From contig NW_003314361.1 of the NCBI RefSeq assembly GCF_000143415.4, positions 62,001 through 126,000 on the forward strand: 64,000 nucleotides of DNA, read 5' to 3'. The number at the start of each line of letters is the position of its first letter. Position 1 is the stretch's first letter. Source of the DNA: Selaginella moellendorffii (taxonomy: Eukaryota > Plantae > Lycopodiophyta). This document shows positions 12,337 through 24,010 of the stretch, piece by piece. The position numbers and the translations under genes were made by a program. The notes under the pieces are model-generated. The model did not search any database. It was given only the letters and a program-made list of their open reading frames with translations, and was not told the origin of the DNA.

Positions 12337-13560
12337 TAGTTAGCTCTAAAAGTTTTTTGCAACTCAACAATAGTAAGGCTTGCTTGGTGTATATAAATAT
12401 CCACTTTAGAATCTTGGTGCAAGATGTTGATGAAGATGTAGTACATATGCTTGCAAGGAGCATATGCTTTCCCATGTTCCTCGCGCTTCGTAAAGTCTGG
12501 ACATGTGCAAGAAGGAAAGTCGTGAATGGCAATTGTGTACTCTCCACCTTTTATTTTGACTATGTACTCCTTTGCAAGCGTAGTGATGTACTTCGTGGAG
12601 AGAATCTCACACTCAAATGTTTAAGCCAAGTTTATTTTACCTTGCTTTTGCTTAGAGACGGTACCAATATATTTAACTGCCTTACCTTTTCTTGTTAGCC
12701 TCCTGTGCATCTCTGTAGGAATAGTCCTACTCTTGTCACTCATGTCTCCAACTCTCCTCTCAAGATTAAAACCAAATTTCTCAAGGTTTTCAATCTCATT
12801 TGACGTGAGCGCAACCCCATTAGCAACCAGCCATTCTTTAGGTACTGCATTAGGTTTAGTCACTATAGTGTCTTCAAGCCGCTTTGTATGGTTGGCGTTG
12901 GTGTTGCAACAATATAGCTAGCACCATCTCGAAAATCCTGCTAGCTTTCATTCCCTATAGAAACATGGGGCTGGAACAGAAGCAGATTTGTCACCACGAA
13001 TCCAGGCCTAACACTTGCCCCTTAGAAGCATCCCCACACACCTTACATTCGATTTTTCTGGCACGCGTTGGATTGCCCATTGCTTCAGCTCCACGCTACG
13101 GTAAGCAATTTCAACTTGTTGCGATGCACTCTTTTCATCAGCCACTTGAGGTGGCTCGGTCTGAGAGTGGTGTCTTGGAGCAGAATGGTACTCAACATCA
13201 GGCCTGTGAGAGCTTTTTGCTCCAAGGTCCGTATCAACATCTTCCCTAGTAAAGGAAAAACGATGCTTTGAGCAGACAGTCTTCATATCACCAATAGAAG
13301 CTCGGAGAGTGTACTCCATAAATGTGCCACAGACCACTTCCTCAACTGTAGTTGCCATTGTTCGGGTAGGTGGAGTTAATTTTCTCTTCATTCTATCATG
13401 TAACATTTCAACAGAAGGCCTTGTTCTCATGAATCTTCCTTCCTCGAATGCTAGTGCTTTTGAAAATTGCTCTATAGCACGTATCAAATCTAATAGACAG
13501 ACTTCGTATAGACTCATCTTCCCTTTCCCTGCGTCAGAGGAACGCCAACTCAAGTGCTTA
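12337..13560 (-). pseudogene. SWIM zinc-finger protein pseudogene, 5'-truncated by the F2 LTR
   Basis: Reading through the stop at 12621 gives YTIAIHDFPSCTCPDFTKREEHGKAYAPCKHMYYIF (CxC-xn-CxH SWIM motif); ORFs 13008-13610 and 12621-12863 share this frame and are separated by nonsense codons. Confidence 0.75.
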
Positions 13561-13576
13561 CTTTTGGAGAGATTCA

Positions 13577-14868
13577 AACAAGCATAACATGTTTGGACCA
13601 AAAGCTCCAACTTGAAAGGTCGAGAGCGAGAGTGGAACTCCCAATAAAGTGCTCAAGGAACATGCGCGAGATGGAGTCCGAGATAGAGTCCGAGATGGAC
13701 CCGAGATGAAGACCGAGATAAAGTCCGACATGGACCCAAGATAGACCTGAGATGGAGTCCAAGATGGAACCAAGACCGAGACCGAGTCTGAGTCTAAAAC
13801 TGGGACCAAGACTGAGTCCGAGTCCGAGTCCGAATACTAATACAGGCTGTTGAGTGAAAGCCCAAAGCGATCGTCCCCCAGGGAGGGGCTGTAGGGGATT
13901 CCAAAAGTATAGTAGGGAGAGGGTGGGGGTTGGAGCCCAGTGGAGCTAGTTTGGCCAGGAAAGGCCAATTTTGCCCAAGAAAGGCCAATTTGACCCAGGA
14001 AGGCCATACCCAGTGTTGGATGATGAACTGACCACTGGCAAGTCCAAGACTAGAGTGAATACGGACTAACAAGTGGGGTAGCTTAGTGAAGTGTTCAAGA
14101 GTCGGCTCTAGTTCCCCCGGGAGATCAAATGGTCGATACTCCCAGTGTGGGTGGCACTACCTACTTGGATACCTGGCGTGGCTCAACAGAACCTCACTCT
14201 AAGCCCATGGCTAGAGCACCCAAAGGCAGAAGGCAGGGAGAGTACCCATGAGGCTCGCGTAAGGCCACGATGTTCCGAAATGTTGCCCCAAAGTCCCAGA
14301 CTGTGAAAAGGAAGAGGAGCCATCCTCTAGGGTAGAGACCAAAGATACGGTCATGTGAGGAGGAAGTCCCAGAGGATTGAGGGACTTAGTGGTCAGGCTT
14401 GTGGGCCTCAATCTAGAGGCAGTGTTAGCAAACATAGCCATAGGCAAAAACGGACTTGGTGGGGACCGAAAAAGGGATATTGGGGAAGGCCATTCCCCAT
14501 ACCTGTGGGCATCTTAAGGATGCTAAAGAGTGGATTTGGGATGGTCACTCATCGACAAATGGCCCAATCTTTGAGAGATGGGGCTGTGATGTAGGTGGTG
14601 TCAGACCACCGGTGTGACCAAGGTGAATGGGTATGGCCTTAGCGTAACGGGCTGGTATGTCAGTGGTACCTTGGGGTGTCGGTCATGGGATCGAACACAT
14701 GGAGCACTTGGACCAAGTGCAATGGTTTAATGGCATAGATGCCATTCTTGAGGCTAGTAAGTCCCTAAGTCCAAAACTAGACTTACGGAAGTTATGAGTG
14801 AGACTCCTCCAAGTGGTCGGAAGTGTGGTTAAGTGACTAAAGTAGAATGGAAAATTTAATTGCTTACA
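13577..14868 (+). repeat. 5' LTR of F2 (5'-truncated)
   Basis: Colinear with 32760-34904 and 39195-40643; ends ...GCTTACA before the PBS. Confidence 0.9.
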
Positions 14869-15933
14869 ACTTGGTATTGGAGCTGTTTTTTAGTCCAACT
14901 TTTATTTGTGCTCAAGTATATCACCATTGGTGTTGGCATCAGAAGGTCCTAGGAGTGGGCCTATCCTTGAGGAGTAGCAAGTTAGGAAGACATGACTCTC
15001 CACTACAGTTCATGTGTGAACGAGGTGGTGGATAGAAAAGGGCCAATAAGGGTAAGACTTTGGGATCTTGGGAACAATATAAGGTTTCCTCAGAGAGCTG
15101 AGGATGTGATTCAGATGAGCATTTGACGCAGCAAACGGGCTAATGTAGTTGTAGTAAACAAATAAAGTTGGGATCATGGGAAAGATGCAAACTCCAAAAC
15201 AATAAAAGAGTCACAAGATTACCTTCATATAGTTGAGGTTGATGCTCATAACTTTGAGACCAGAATTGATGACCATAGGAAGTCAAATACAGAAAAGGAC
15301 ACAAGTCCTTGAAATAGTAGCCGGGGCTACCTCTAATAAATGCTGGAATAACCCAAGGAGTTGGGGGTGTACTCAGAGATGAGTTGGTATTCTCATTATA
15401 TGGACAAGTGGTCTTAAGGGGCAAAAGGTTGCCCTAAGAGAACAAATCAAGTGTCGGAGTAACACTTGCAAAAATGGTCCTTGTGAGTAGGACTTGAATA
15501 CAAGAAGTTGTATTTCAGTGAGCTGGCACCTTAAAGGTAAGACCTCATGGGTTGTTGGATGAGAAAGTCCAAAAAGCTGGATGACTCAAATAGAGTCAAG
15601 GAATAATCCTAAAGGATTGATGGAAGCATTTGGACTGAGGTGTGTTGTATCCCATGAAGGATGGGGGGATTATAGGATCCAAGTATGAGAAAAGAAGGTA
15701 TTTCATCGATGGCAGAATGTGTCATGCTAAAGTCGTGGGAAAGGTGTTCCCCAAAAAAAAAGCAACTTTGGTGCAGAGTTGTGTGCGAACATTATGGTGT
15801 AGTGCTAACAGATAGTTGGTATAAGAAACGACTGGGTTGGTCTTAGCAAAAACCAAGACACTAATAAGTAGTGTCATAAGGGTAAGTTCGTGGGGCCGAT
15901 AGTGTAGAGACACCAAATGTGCCAAGGTGTGAT

Positions 15934-16537
15934 TGTAAGCAACCAAAGAGAATGACTTGAGAGACGGTCCATGGGGTTCAAATATAGAGGGAAAGGGCCC
16001 ATGAATAAGAGTGCACCCCCTTTTCCAATCGGTTAAGGGTCTTGGGATATTTGGGGTTAAACGTCCTTGGGGTTGAATAGTACTGGGTTGGGTGACCTCC
16101 CGGGAAGTCCAAACTCAGGAGCTTACATTTGGTATCGGAGCGGTCTCAAGTCCGACTCTGTTGGTTGGCTAAGGGAATCACACCACATGTTGATTGACAT
16201 TTGGCTGGTCCAGTTTGCTCCTGCTGGGCTCGACCCGAGGGGTAGGGTGTCAAGAGAGCGGGGCTCTCGGGAGAGCTGCAGCTCTTAGCTTCCATTCACG
16301 AGGGCGTGAACTTGCAGGGAAGCGTGGTGGATTGTAAGCAACCAAAGAGAACGACTTGAGAGACGGTCTATGGGGTTCAAATATAGAGGGAAAGGGCCCA
16401 TGAATAAGAGTGCACCCCCTTTTCCAATCGGTTAAGGGTCTTATCGGAGCGGTCTCAAGTCCGACTCTGTTGGTTGGCTAAGGGAATCACACCACATGTT
16501 GATTGACATTTGGCTGGTCCAGTTTGCTCCTGCTGGG
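15934..16537 (+). mobile_element. Cassandra-type TRIM in tandem array (LTR-internal-deleted LTR-internal)
   Basis: 194-bp LTR TGTAAG...CTTACA (15934-16127), PBS TGGTATCGGAGC (16130-16141), ~200-bp non-coding internal region, purine tract, second LTR from 16333, second internal copy 16443-16537; LTR contains a 5S rRNA-like segment. Confidence 0.88.
16056..16110 (+). promoter_or_regulatory. 5S rRNA-derived Pol III internal promoter segment (A box-IE-C box) inside the TRIM LTR
   Basis: GTTAAACGTCCTTGGGGTTGAATAGTACTGGGTTGGGTGACCTCCCGGGAAGTCC closely matches plant 5S rRNA GTTAAGCGTGCTTGGGCGAGAGTAGTACTAGGATGGGTGACCTCCTGGGAAGTCC. Confidence 0.88.
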
Positions 16538-16585
16538 TTTAGGGTTTAGGGTTTAGGGATCCCTAAACCCTAAACCGGTTTAGGG
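16535..16585. repeat. Interstitial plant telomere repeats, head-to-head
   Basis: (TTTAGGG)3-AT-(CCCTAAA)2CC-GGTTTAGGG. Confidence 0.9.
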
Positions 16586-18220
16586 ATAAGGAAGTTAGAT
16601 ATACCCTTATAGGGGAGAAGCTGCTTATGTTGTGATATAGTAAGTTAATGTCATAAAGGGAATGTTCATTGCCAAAGAAGACCATCATTAGGACGCCTAA
16701 ACACTCTAAAATATTAAGAAGTGGTGTTTGGTGTCGCAAGGGCATTAGATAAGGCCCAAGGGACTAAGTCCCTAGCGAATGATGGATAAGAGGTGCCATC
16801 TAAATGTTCAAAGTTGTGGAAACAAGAGGAATCTGTTTACCCGATTTGGACAAAGCCAAAAATGGGATTTTGGAAAGGCTAGTGATAGGCATATAAAGGC
16901 CCATAAATAACAACAATAATCCCGGTGTGTGGGATTATAAGGTGAGCATGCCCAGATTGAGGAACCACTCCTTAAACTATTGGGTAGGTTCATCCCTATG
17001 AATATTTGCTAAGGTATGATAGAAGGTGCCAAGCTATCCTCCTAGTCTGGAGGAGAATAACCAAAGGAAACATATGAGGCCAAAAGGCAAGTAGTATTGG
17101 GATGGAACTGAACCATAGAAATTGAAGGGCATAACCAACAGTGGTTATACAAGTTGGGAGTGGAAAATCAAGAGGGTGCTCGAGAATGTTGTTACTAGCA
17201 ACTGCGGTGCCATGGAGAGCCTAAAATGTGGAATTATCTATGTTAGACCATATGGTGAGTAGAGAGCTTGCAAAGGAGAAACCTTAGCAAGCTAAGGAAC
17301 AGAGTTCCTTGAAGGTTCCTGAAGACAATTTTAAGTAGATAAGTACTTAGAAAGCTAAGTGTAAATGGTTCCTAGAGCGCGCGAAATCAGAGTGGCGTAA
17401 CAGGAGTGTGGTCTTGAAACTGGCTATGAGGCGAGGCTATCAAGGTTGGGGAAGTAGTTCCCGAGTGTTCAAAGAGATGGTTTTGAACAAAAGTCGATGG
17501 TTTAGGACTTTCACGCTTATGCATGAACCATGTTATTGTGGCCAGATGACTTGCTAAGCGAAATTGAAAAGTCAGGGGAATAAATCCCCTAGTTGAATGT
17601 GCTAACTTCAAAAGGAGTGGCCCATGGGGCCGAGCATGGAGGAGTCCATGCATGATCACAGACTTGTCAAGCAAAAGGACTTGGTAGTGTGGAGGAACTA
17701 GGTTCCTAAGCTGTGATCTATAGCACGCTTTAAATACATGTTGGTGCACTGGCATGGGGAATCACGCCAGGCATCTAGGGTGATGCCATCCATAGATGCA
17801 TATACGGAGGTTGGGTTCGAGTCCCAACCCCCTAGTGCTTGGGTTTGAGTCCCAAATCATTAAGGCGTGGTGATGGTTTGGAATATGAGGACACTCATAT
17901 TTCGGTGGTCATGGACTCTTAGTGAGGAGACTGCCTTGGGCACACCACCAAGCGGGGGATGCTCTAGAGTCATGATGCACAGTTAGATTGCTTAGTGTGG
18001 CTCAGCATATCTAACTTGAGCACTTTGGTGCAAGTGGCACCAAAGATGTGGTGAAAGAGATGGGGACACTTAGTCTTAGTTGCTATGGACCCTTAGTTGG
18101 AAGGGTTAGCTTGGGTGCACTGCCAAGTGTGGGGGATGCCCCCGGGGTCATGGTGAATAACTTAAAGGTCTAGAAGACCTAGTACTTATTGGCAAACCTG
18201 TTAAGGTGCCGAGGTTAAAT

Positions 18221-18250
18221 CACTAAAAGCTCTATTTCGTTAAAGTGGGA
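18221..18250 (+). repeat. Left terminal inverted repeat
   Basis: CACTAAAAGCTCTATTTCGTTAAAGTGGGA. Confidence 0.85.
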
Positions 18251-18668
18251 ATTGTCATTATCCCACTTGTAAAATAACGTTTCCAAACCTTTATATAGTA
18301 TATAAATATAACAAAATTCAACTGCATTGAGGCACATGCCATTTTATTTTAAACAAGGAAATGTCTACTCAATCACTTCTCCTCCCCCTGCCACTGCTTC
18401 ACCTCTCTCTTCTCCTTGTCATCGTCGTCCAATTTCTTTCCATCCTTTTAATATTGGCTCAGTTGCTCCGAGTTTAAGTGGAGCCCAAGTCCCCATTCAA
18501 TCTTTACTTTCCCCTTATTAATAAAACAACTTCGTAGACTTCCAATAACATGCTGTAACACTTCTAGTATAATGCAAATCCTCTCAAAGAATTGTCTTTT
18601 AATATTAATACAATGGCATGGAACCCCATGCCATAATAAGTTACATTTTTAAATAAATACATGCCATT

Positions 18669-19553
18669 TCAGATTGTTATTTTTTGCCTCCAACGCCTAT
18701 ACAATAATCTTGGAATTTCATCACTCTCCACACTATCAGGATTTAAACCTAATAGTAATGCCATCTCTTCTCTAATACGTCCACACTCATGTTCAGTGGT
18801 CGAAGAACCCATCCGGTTGAGCAGATTATGGAGATGCGGATAGTGCTTGGCTAGACAATATACATGCCATAAATGATGACTGGTGTCTGTCCGATCAAAT
18901 GGCTTCAGATATACCGTTCCATCTACCATTTGGTTGATTTCTGCAGCCACCTCCTGGACTGGCCGGTTCTCTATCACCATCGCTTTAAGCCGTTTTGCAA
19001 GGTCCCCCAGAACATACGGTTTCTTCTCCCTAGTTTCCATAATGCAAGAGATGGGGTGCACTACATATGTGTGCGTGTTTGCTGCAGTTTTAATCGGCGA
19101 GTCATCGATGATGAGGATTTCACTTGACCTAGCAGTCCGGTTCATCACTACAGCCTCTGGCTTGACGAAGATGGGCTTGCTACCCCTCACATGGACCATA
19201 GTCAAGAAATCCTCCTGCGTTAGGAGAAAGTCAAATGGTAATATTACTCGCGTCTGATCGTGCATCATCTATAGCAACGTTAATGCATTGTGGCGCATCA
19301 TGGATGTCCAAACTCCCAATTGCAAATTGAACCCGGCCCTTTGTTTTAAGTGTCGCATGGTCATTATTAGATCCCGCAGTTTCTCCCGTATGATTAATAT
19401 GAATCTGTCTCTTTTGACCAACTTGCGACCGCAGGCTTTGGAGGGTGCAGTGACATTCGAGGACGAGCCACGCTCATGGGAGAAAAGGACACCGTTCAGA
19501 TCAAAAACGATACAGTACCTTCGCTGTGACTCTGAAATGAAATGCATCAGCAT
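18669..19553 (-). pseudogene. FCP1/NIF-family (CTD-phosphatase-like) HAD domain with one in-frame stop
   Basis: CIVFDLNGVL (HAD motif I, DLNG variant), LGVWTS, KPIFVKP, ILIIDDSPIKTAAN; ORFs 19269-19553 and 18669-19268 abut in frame across a TAG. Confidence 0.8.
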
Positions 19554-21403
19554 AAAAAATGGTACAAGTCAATTTTACCATCTACAATATTAGCGAATGG
19601 TGCACCCGATGGTCGTTGAGAGGGTTTTGGTCGAGGAAACGTGAAGGGCGGAAATACTCTCCTCTGCAATGTGGGGTCAATCGCATCCGATGGCGTGTGG
19701 GCACATGCCATTTCAGCTATAGACTCTGGTACAACTGGCTCAACAGTGGCATGGGGTGGTTCCGATGGCGTGTGATCACACGCCATTTCAGCTGGTGCCT
19801 CCGTTGGCAAAGTGGACATGACCGAACAGGCAGCAGGGGCGGTGTAGGGAGGTTCCAATGGCGTGTAGTCAGACGATTGGGCACACGTTGAGTCCGTTGG
19901 AAATGAGGATACGACTGGCTCGGCGGCTGGGGCGGCCTCATGCGGGTCCAATGGCGCCTGGTCACTGTCAGTTGGATACGTGGACAAGATTGACTCAGTG
20001 GTATGGGCAGCATCAAGTGGAGCGTGGTCAACTTGCTTGGCATTGATATGGATAGTAGCCTCCACCAGCTCTGATGACTCTTGCAGGCAAGTAGAGTCCA
20101 CTGGCAGATCCATATGCATGTCCAAATATCTCCCTTCGATTGAGATGGTATCCTCCCTACTGGCTACTAAAAGCAAACTCATTAGCACATTGAATCGACT
20201 ATACTGTATTTACCATCAACTGCTATTGAGGAACTAGGACCGATATCACTTGGGCGCACTGCTGATTCTGAAGGATTGGACATACGTTTCGACCCTTGCT
20301 TGGCACTATCCTTTCTCGACACTAAAGGCTAGAGTTTGTATCTTAATTCAACTGAATAATCTTTACTTACCATTTGCTCTGCGACCTACATGGACAATGT
20401 TAGAAATGGTAAAAGGTTAGGAATGGATGTACTATTATTTACCTGATGGTTTGTCTTGTATGACCCTTCCTCCGCTGCTCTTTGGCCACCTCAGGCTGGC
20501 CATCGTCGTCATCATCGTCATCGTCGTTATTGTGATCGTCACCATTGTGAGGACCATCCAAGTCCTCTTCGTCCTCCTCTTCTTTGTCCTCCTCTTCTTC
20601 CTTTTGCTCTTCCTGCTCTTTATCTTTCTCTGGCTCCTTATCCCCCTCCTGCATTTCTTCCATAGGCTGCTCAGGCTGGATGGCTTGTTCTTCCAGGACC
20701 ATCTTGGGAAAATCATCTGGCCGAGTCTCCATCTCAAAATACAAGACATCCATAGCCTGTTTTAGTGCGTGACCTAGGACCGTATCCTCACCCGACTGTC
20801 TTAACATGGTTTCTGCACGTTCTTGCACCCTTCGAAGACGACGAGATGAGAAAAACGTGGCCCTGACTTGAAAAGCATCCCTCATCTATTGTACCTCTCC
20901 ATTGAGATTGGGGAAGGGGAGTCCACCATAGGAATTTGAGTCAGGAGGTGGTGACTGGCTGCTTTCGCACACACGCCATAACTGCGAAGCATTACCTATC
21001 ATCTTTTCGTTGCCCTTCTTCCTTTTCGATTCAAACGCCTCTGATCCCGACGACTGTCCAATGTGCTTTCACTTTTTATGACCACTGTCAGTTTGAGCTT
21101 GGCTGGTGCTTGCTTGTTTTGCCTTTGAAGAAGTGTCTCCTACAAGGAATGGCATGAGACCACACGCCATTGCAAATATAATTTGTACCTCCTTTTTTCC
21201 TATTGCTTGTCTGTTTGTCCTTCTTCGACGTGCCACCAATGCGCTTTTCAGTCCTCGTGTCTGAATATTCACAACAATCTATAATCAAAATGGCGTGAGG
21301 CCTCACGTGACCTTACCTTGTGCAGGTTGTGAGCTCGGCCCAATATGGGTATCTTCAACAGTAGCTGTTAACGCCGTTTCAGCATCTGGGGGTGGCCACG
21401 CTC
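19547..21403 (-). pseudogene. Low-complexity/acidic linker exons of the cargo gene
   Basis: Short GT-AG introns (21404-21453, 21261-21316, 21140-21188 and others near 20170-20440) join exons in frame into the E/D-rich ORF 20439-20885; frame not resolved at the 20330-20440 micro-exon. Confidence 0.55.
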
Positions 21404-21472
21404 CTGCATACAGAGCTTGTGAGATAACATCTAAACTTAAAGTGCGTACTCACCAAGTTCGCAGAGAAGATA

Positions 21473-24010
21473 CTATTTTTCTTTGGCAATTGTAATTATA
21501 TGCTCCATTGAAGTCACCTCTTCAATGGAGTTTGTCACCGCAACACACGGGACACCCTTGAGTAGTGCGGCTCGAAAGAATAGTCCGCCGTAGTTGTACT
21601 CGATAATGCATTTGCCCTTGGAGTCGGAAGTAGGTGACCCACCCGCTATTGCGTTGAAGACCCAGCTGAGCATTTCCCATGCTGCACCTGGAGCTTTCTT
21701 TGGATTCGAAAGCTCCATAGCCGTCTTCAGTTCCTCAGGCACGGGTAAATTGACCTCCCTCAGATCAATTCGATCGGCCTTGTCGAACGAAGCTGGGAAG
21801 TCACTCCAGTCCCACTCTGTTGCAGGACCAATAACAAGGGCGAGTGTGAAGATGCGGACATTCGTCGGTATCTTCTTCTTAGCCATTATCCCATGGATCT
21901 CCCGCATCTCCTTGTTTTTCAACCGAGCCTTCACCTCGTTCAAGGCCTTCCAGAACTTGTGATAGGATTCGGAGTCGTAGATCATATAGTGGACTGAAGA
22001 TTCCACCTCCGCAAGTCCCACGATTAAGTCAATGATGGAGCTGACTTCATCTGCATGAGTGATCTCCTCGTTTGTGAAGTCCATCACACAAAAGATGTTC
22101 TTGACCTGCTCATCTCCGCGGGAAACGATGCTCCTCCACCTTTGATCCTCATCCGAATTCACGTATACCTGGTAAGGTTCTCGATAGGCCTCTGCTGTGG
22201 GGTCGAGCTGTTTCTGAAGCCGGCGGTCGACATCCCTCTTAATGAAATTTGGATACTGATCCAACTTCTCAGCTTTACTTTTCGTGGCATCCCGCAGCAG
22301 ATCGATGAACTTGGGGGCCCCCTTCACGTACTCGTCGATGTCTTCATTTGATAACTCCAGCTCTTCCATCATCTCTTGCGTGGTGTCGATGCTCACCCTC
22401 TCCACGGCCACTTGCTCGAAGATCCAATCCTTCAATAGCGCACGAGCTCTCAGAGTCGTGCACAAGTCCTCGTATGTCACAATATGGTCGGGAGTCATTT
22501 TGGTCTTGTTGAAGACTACCTCACCACGTAGAAGAGCATTAGCCACTGTCAGAAGGTCGTTGTCGTCTAGAGACCACGAGAAACGCAAGGCGTTGAGCTT
22601 CAAATCATTGGGCTTCCGACCGTCCTCCACACCCATTGAGTTTAGCAACTCCCCGTCATGGTACCTCCTCAGCACATCTACCCATTTGTCAAAAACAACT
22701 TTTGTCGCGAGTAGAATGTTATAGATGCTGAGTGTGTCATTGACCCCCAGTGTTTTCGAGAGAAGACTCGAGAATTCCTGCAATGGAAATGGCGTGAGGC
22801 CACATGCTATGCCACATGCAACGAGGCTTACCTGCCAGGCGCTAGTTGCTAGTGCACGTCCTTGTCCTGATTTTTGTGGCTTCTTCAGTTGAACCCAGAG
22901 CTTTCGTGTTTGTGCCAATGTCTCGTGCAGACCCGATTTGTAGCACGTTTCTTGCTTGACATTCTGCACGTGGGAGATGTATATGATAGATCGGAGGGGC
23001 GAGTTGCCTTTTATCAGGCGGAAAACTCTTGTCTTGAAGACTTTCTTCACCTCCTCACCCACCATAATATTCACAACTATCTCTTGCATCGCCAAGCTAG
23101 AATGCTGCTCGGAGACGGCATAGAACCGGATGTTCTGATCATCCAACACCTTCCTATTGATCAAGTCTGGAAACCTCGTCTCGCCCTTCATTGTTCGGTA
23201 GTAGGGGATCACGTCTACGATGTCGGGTGTTACTGGACTTGCCAGCATCTTCTGCTTCAGTTTCTCCACCCACTCATCAGATACTAGCCTGTGGTTGTAT
23301 TTGCTTTGATTGTCGATACGGCTCACGTCGATTATATATACTTTGTTGGAATAGTAACAAATACTATTATCTGTGACGATTTTTGCTACCTCTTCTTGCT
23401 CTTTCTGCTCTTTGCGGCTCTTTTTTTTGGTGGGTGTAGTGTTCGAACCCGAGGCAATGGCATCACCGAGTAGCTTCTTTTTTGGACCAGTAGAGTCGGA
23501 CGTCGGCTTGAGCTTGACCACCCTTTTCTGCTTTGGGGTAGTTTCCAGATCGACCCCCTTCCCCTTCGCTTCGCGAACTGGAGGCACTCTCAACGGCTCA
23601 ATGTTGGAATATAGTTTTTGAACATCGCCGTAGGTGAGGTCCGTGGATTCCATGTGATCTTCATAGACCCGTAGTGTCTTTGAAATTGTGGGCCTCCTGG
23701 ACAACCTCTCCCTAGCTCCCTCTAGGAATTCCTCATAGCCCCTGCCCCCCTCCGGGAAGCCGCTAGGATGTGCAAGGTGGATCTTGAAGGCGGACGCTGT
23801 CTCTACCACAAGTGCCAATCCATATTCTTGCATGGAATTGCATGGAGTGTCTGTCACTTGGATGAGGATCCCCATGCATTCTTTTCTCCCACCATCTGTG
23901 TTGTACAGCCTCAGATCCTCGCCTTCCATCCCGAAAGTCCAACTGGTGAGCTCCTCCCCCTTCTCTGCATCCACATTGACAGTGGCTGGAAGAAGAACGC
24001 AATTCCTCGC
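21473..24010 (-). CDS. Large cargo protein: ParB/Srx-like domain + helical region + eroded beta-class DNA amino-MTase-like fold
   Basis: 852-aa ORF. IDVSRID..YNHRLVSDEWVEKLKQKM...IVDV...FYAVSEQHSSLA...HVQN resembles ParB-N. C-terminal NPKKAP..EMLSWVF...GKCIIEYNYGGLFFRAALLKGVPCVAV resembles MTase motifs X-I-II. In-frame 54-nt intron at 22778-22831; upstream intron 24011-24091. Confidence 0.6.
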   Translation of the reverse strand, partial: ARNCVLLPATVNVDAEKGEELTSWTFGMEGEDLRLYNTDGGRKECMGILIQVTDTPCNSMQEYGLALVVETASAFKIHLAHPSGFPEGGRGYEEFLEGARERLSRRPTISKTLRVYEDHMESTDLTYGDVQKLYSNIEPLRVPPVREAKGKGVDLETTPKQKRVVKLKPTSDSTGPKKKLLGDAIASGSNTTPTKKKSRKEQKEQEEVAKIVTDNSICYYSNKVYIIDVSRIDNQSKYNHRLVSDEWVEKLKQKMLASPVTPDIVDVIPYYRTMKGETRFPDLINRKVLDDQNIRFYAVSEQHSSLAMQEIVVNIMVGEEVKKVFKTRVFRLIKGNSPLRSIIYISHVQNVKQETCYKSGLHETLAQTRKLWVQLKKPQKSGQGRALATSAWQVSLVACGIACGLTPFPLQEFSSLLSKTLGVNDTLSIYNILLATKVVFDKWVDVLRRYHDGELLNSMGVEDGRKPNDLKLNALRFSWSLDDNDLLTVANALLRGEVVFNKTKMTPDHIVTYEDLCTTLRARALLKDWIFEQVAVERVSIDTTQEMMEELELSNEDIDEYVKGAPKFIDLLRDATKSKAEKLDQYPNFIKRDVDRRLQKQLDPTAEAYREPYQVYVNSDEDQRWRSIVSRGDEQVKNIFCVMDFTNEEITHADEVSSIIDLIVGLAEVESSVHYMIYDSESYHKFWKALNEVKARLKNKEMREIHGIMAKKKIPTNVRIFTLALVIGPATEWDWSDFPASFDKADRIDLREVNLPVPEELKTAMELSNPKKAPGAAWEMLSWVFNAIAGGSPTSDSKGKCIIEYNYGGLFFRAALLKGVPCVAVTNSIEEVTSMEHIITIAKEK

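Noticed and set aside
13835-13900. Twister- or hammerhead-like ribozyme in the shared LTR module
   Set aside because: Superficial UAAUAC...AAGCCC resemblance, but the pseudoknot partners and the CUGAUGA/GAAA core could not be placed consistently across copies
16056-16110. A genuine 5S rRNA gene
   Set aside because: Only the ~55-nt internal control region is present, inside a TG...CA LTR; 5' and 3' parts of 5S are absent
20427-20765. Hydrophobic plus-strand ORF resembling a membrane protein
   Set aside because: Antisense shadow of the E/D/K-rich minus-strand exon
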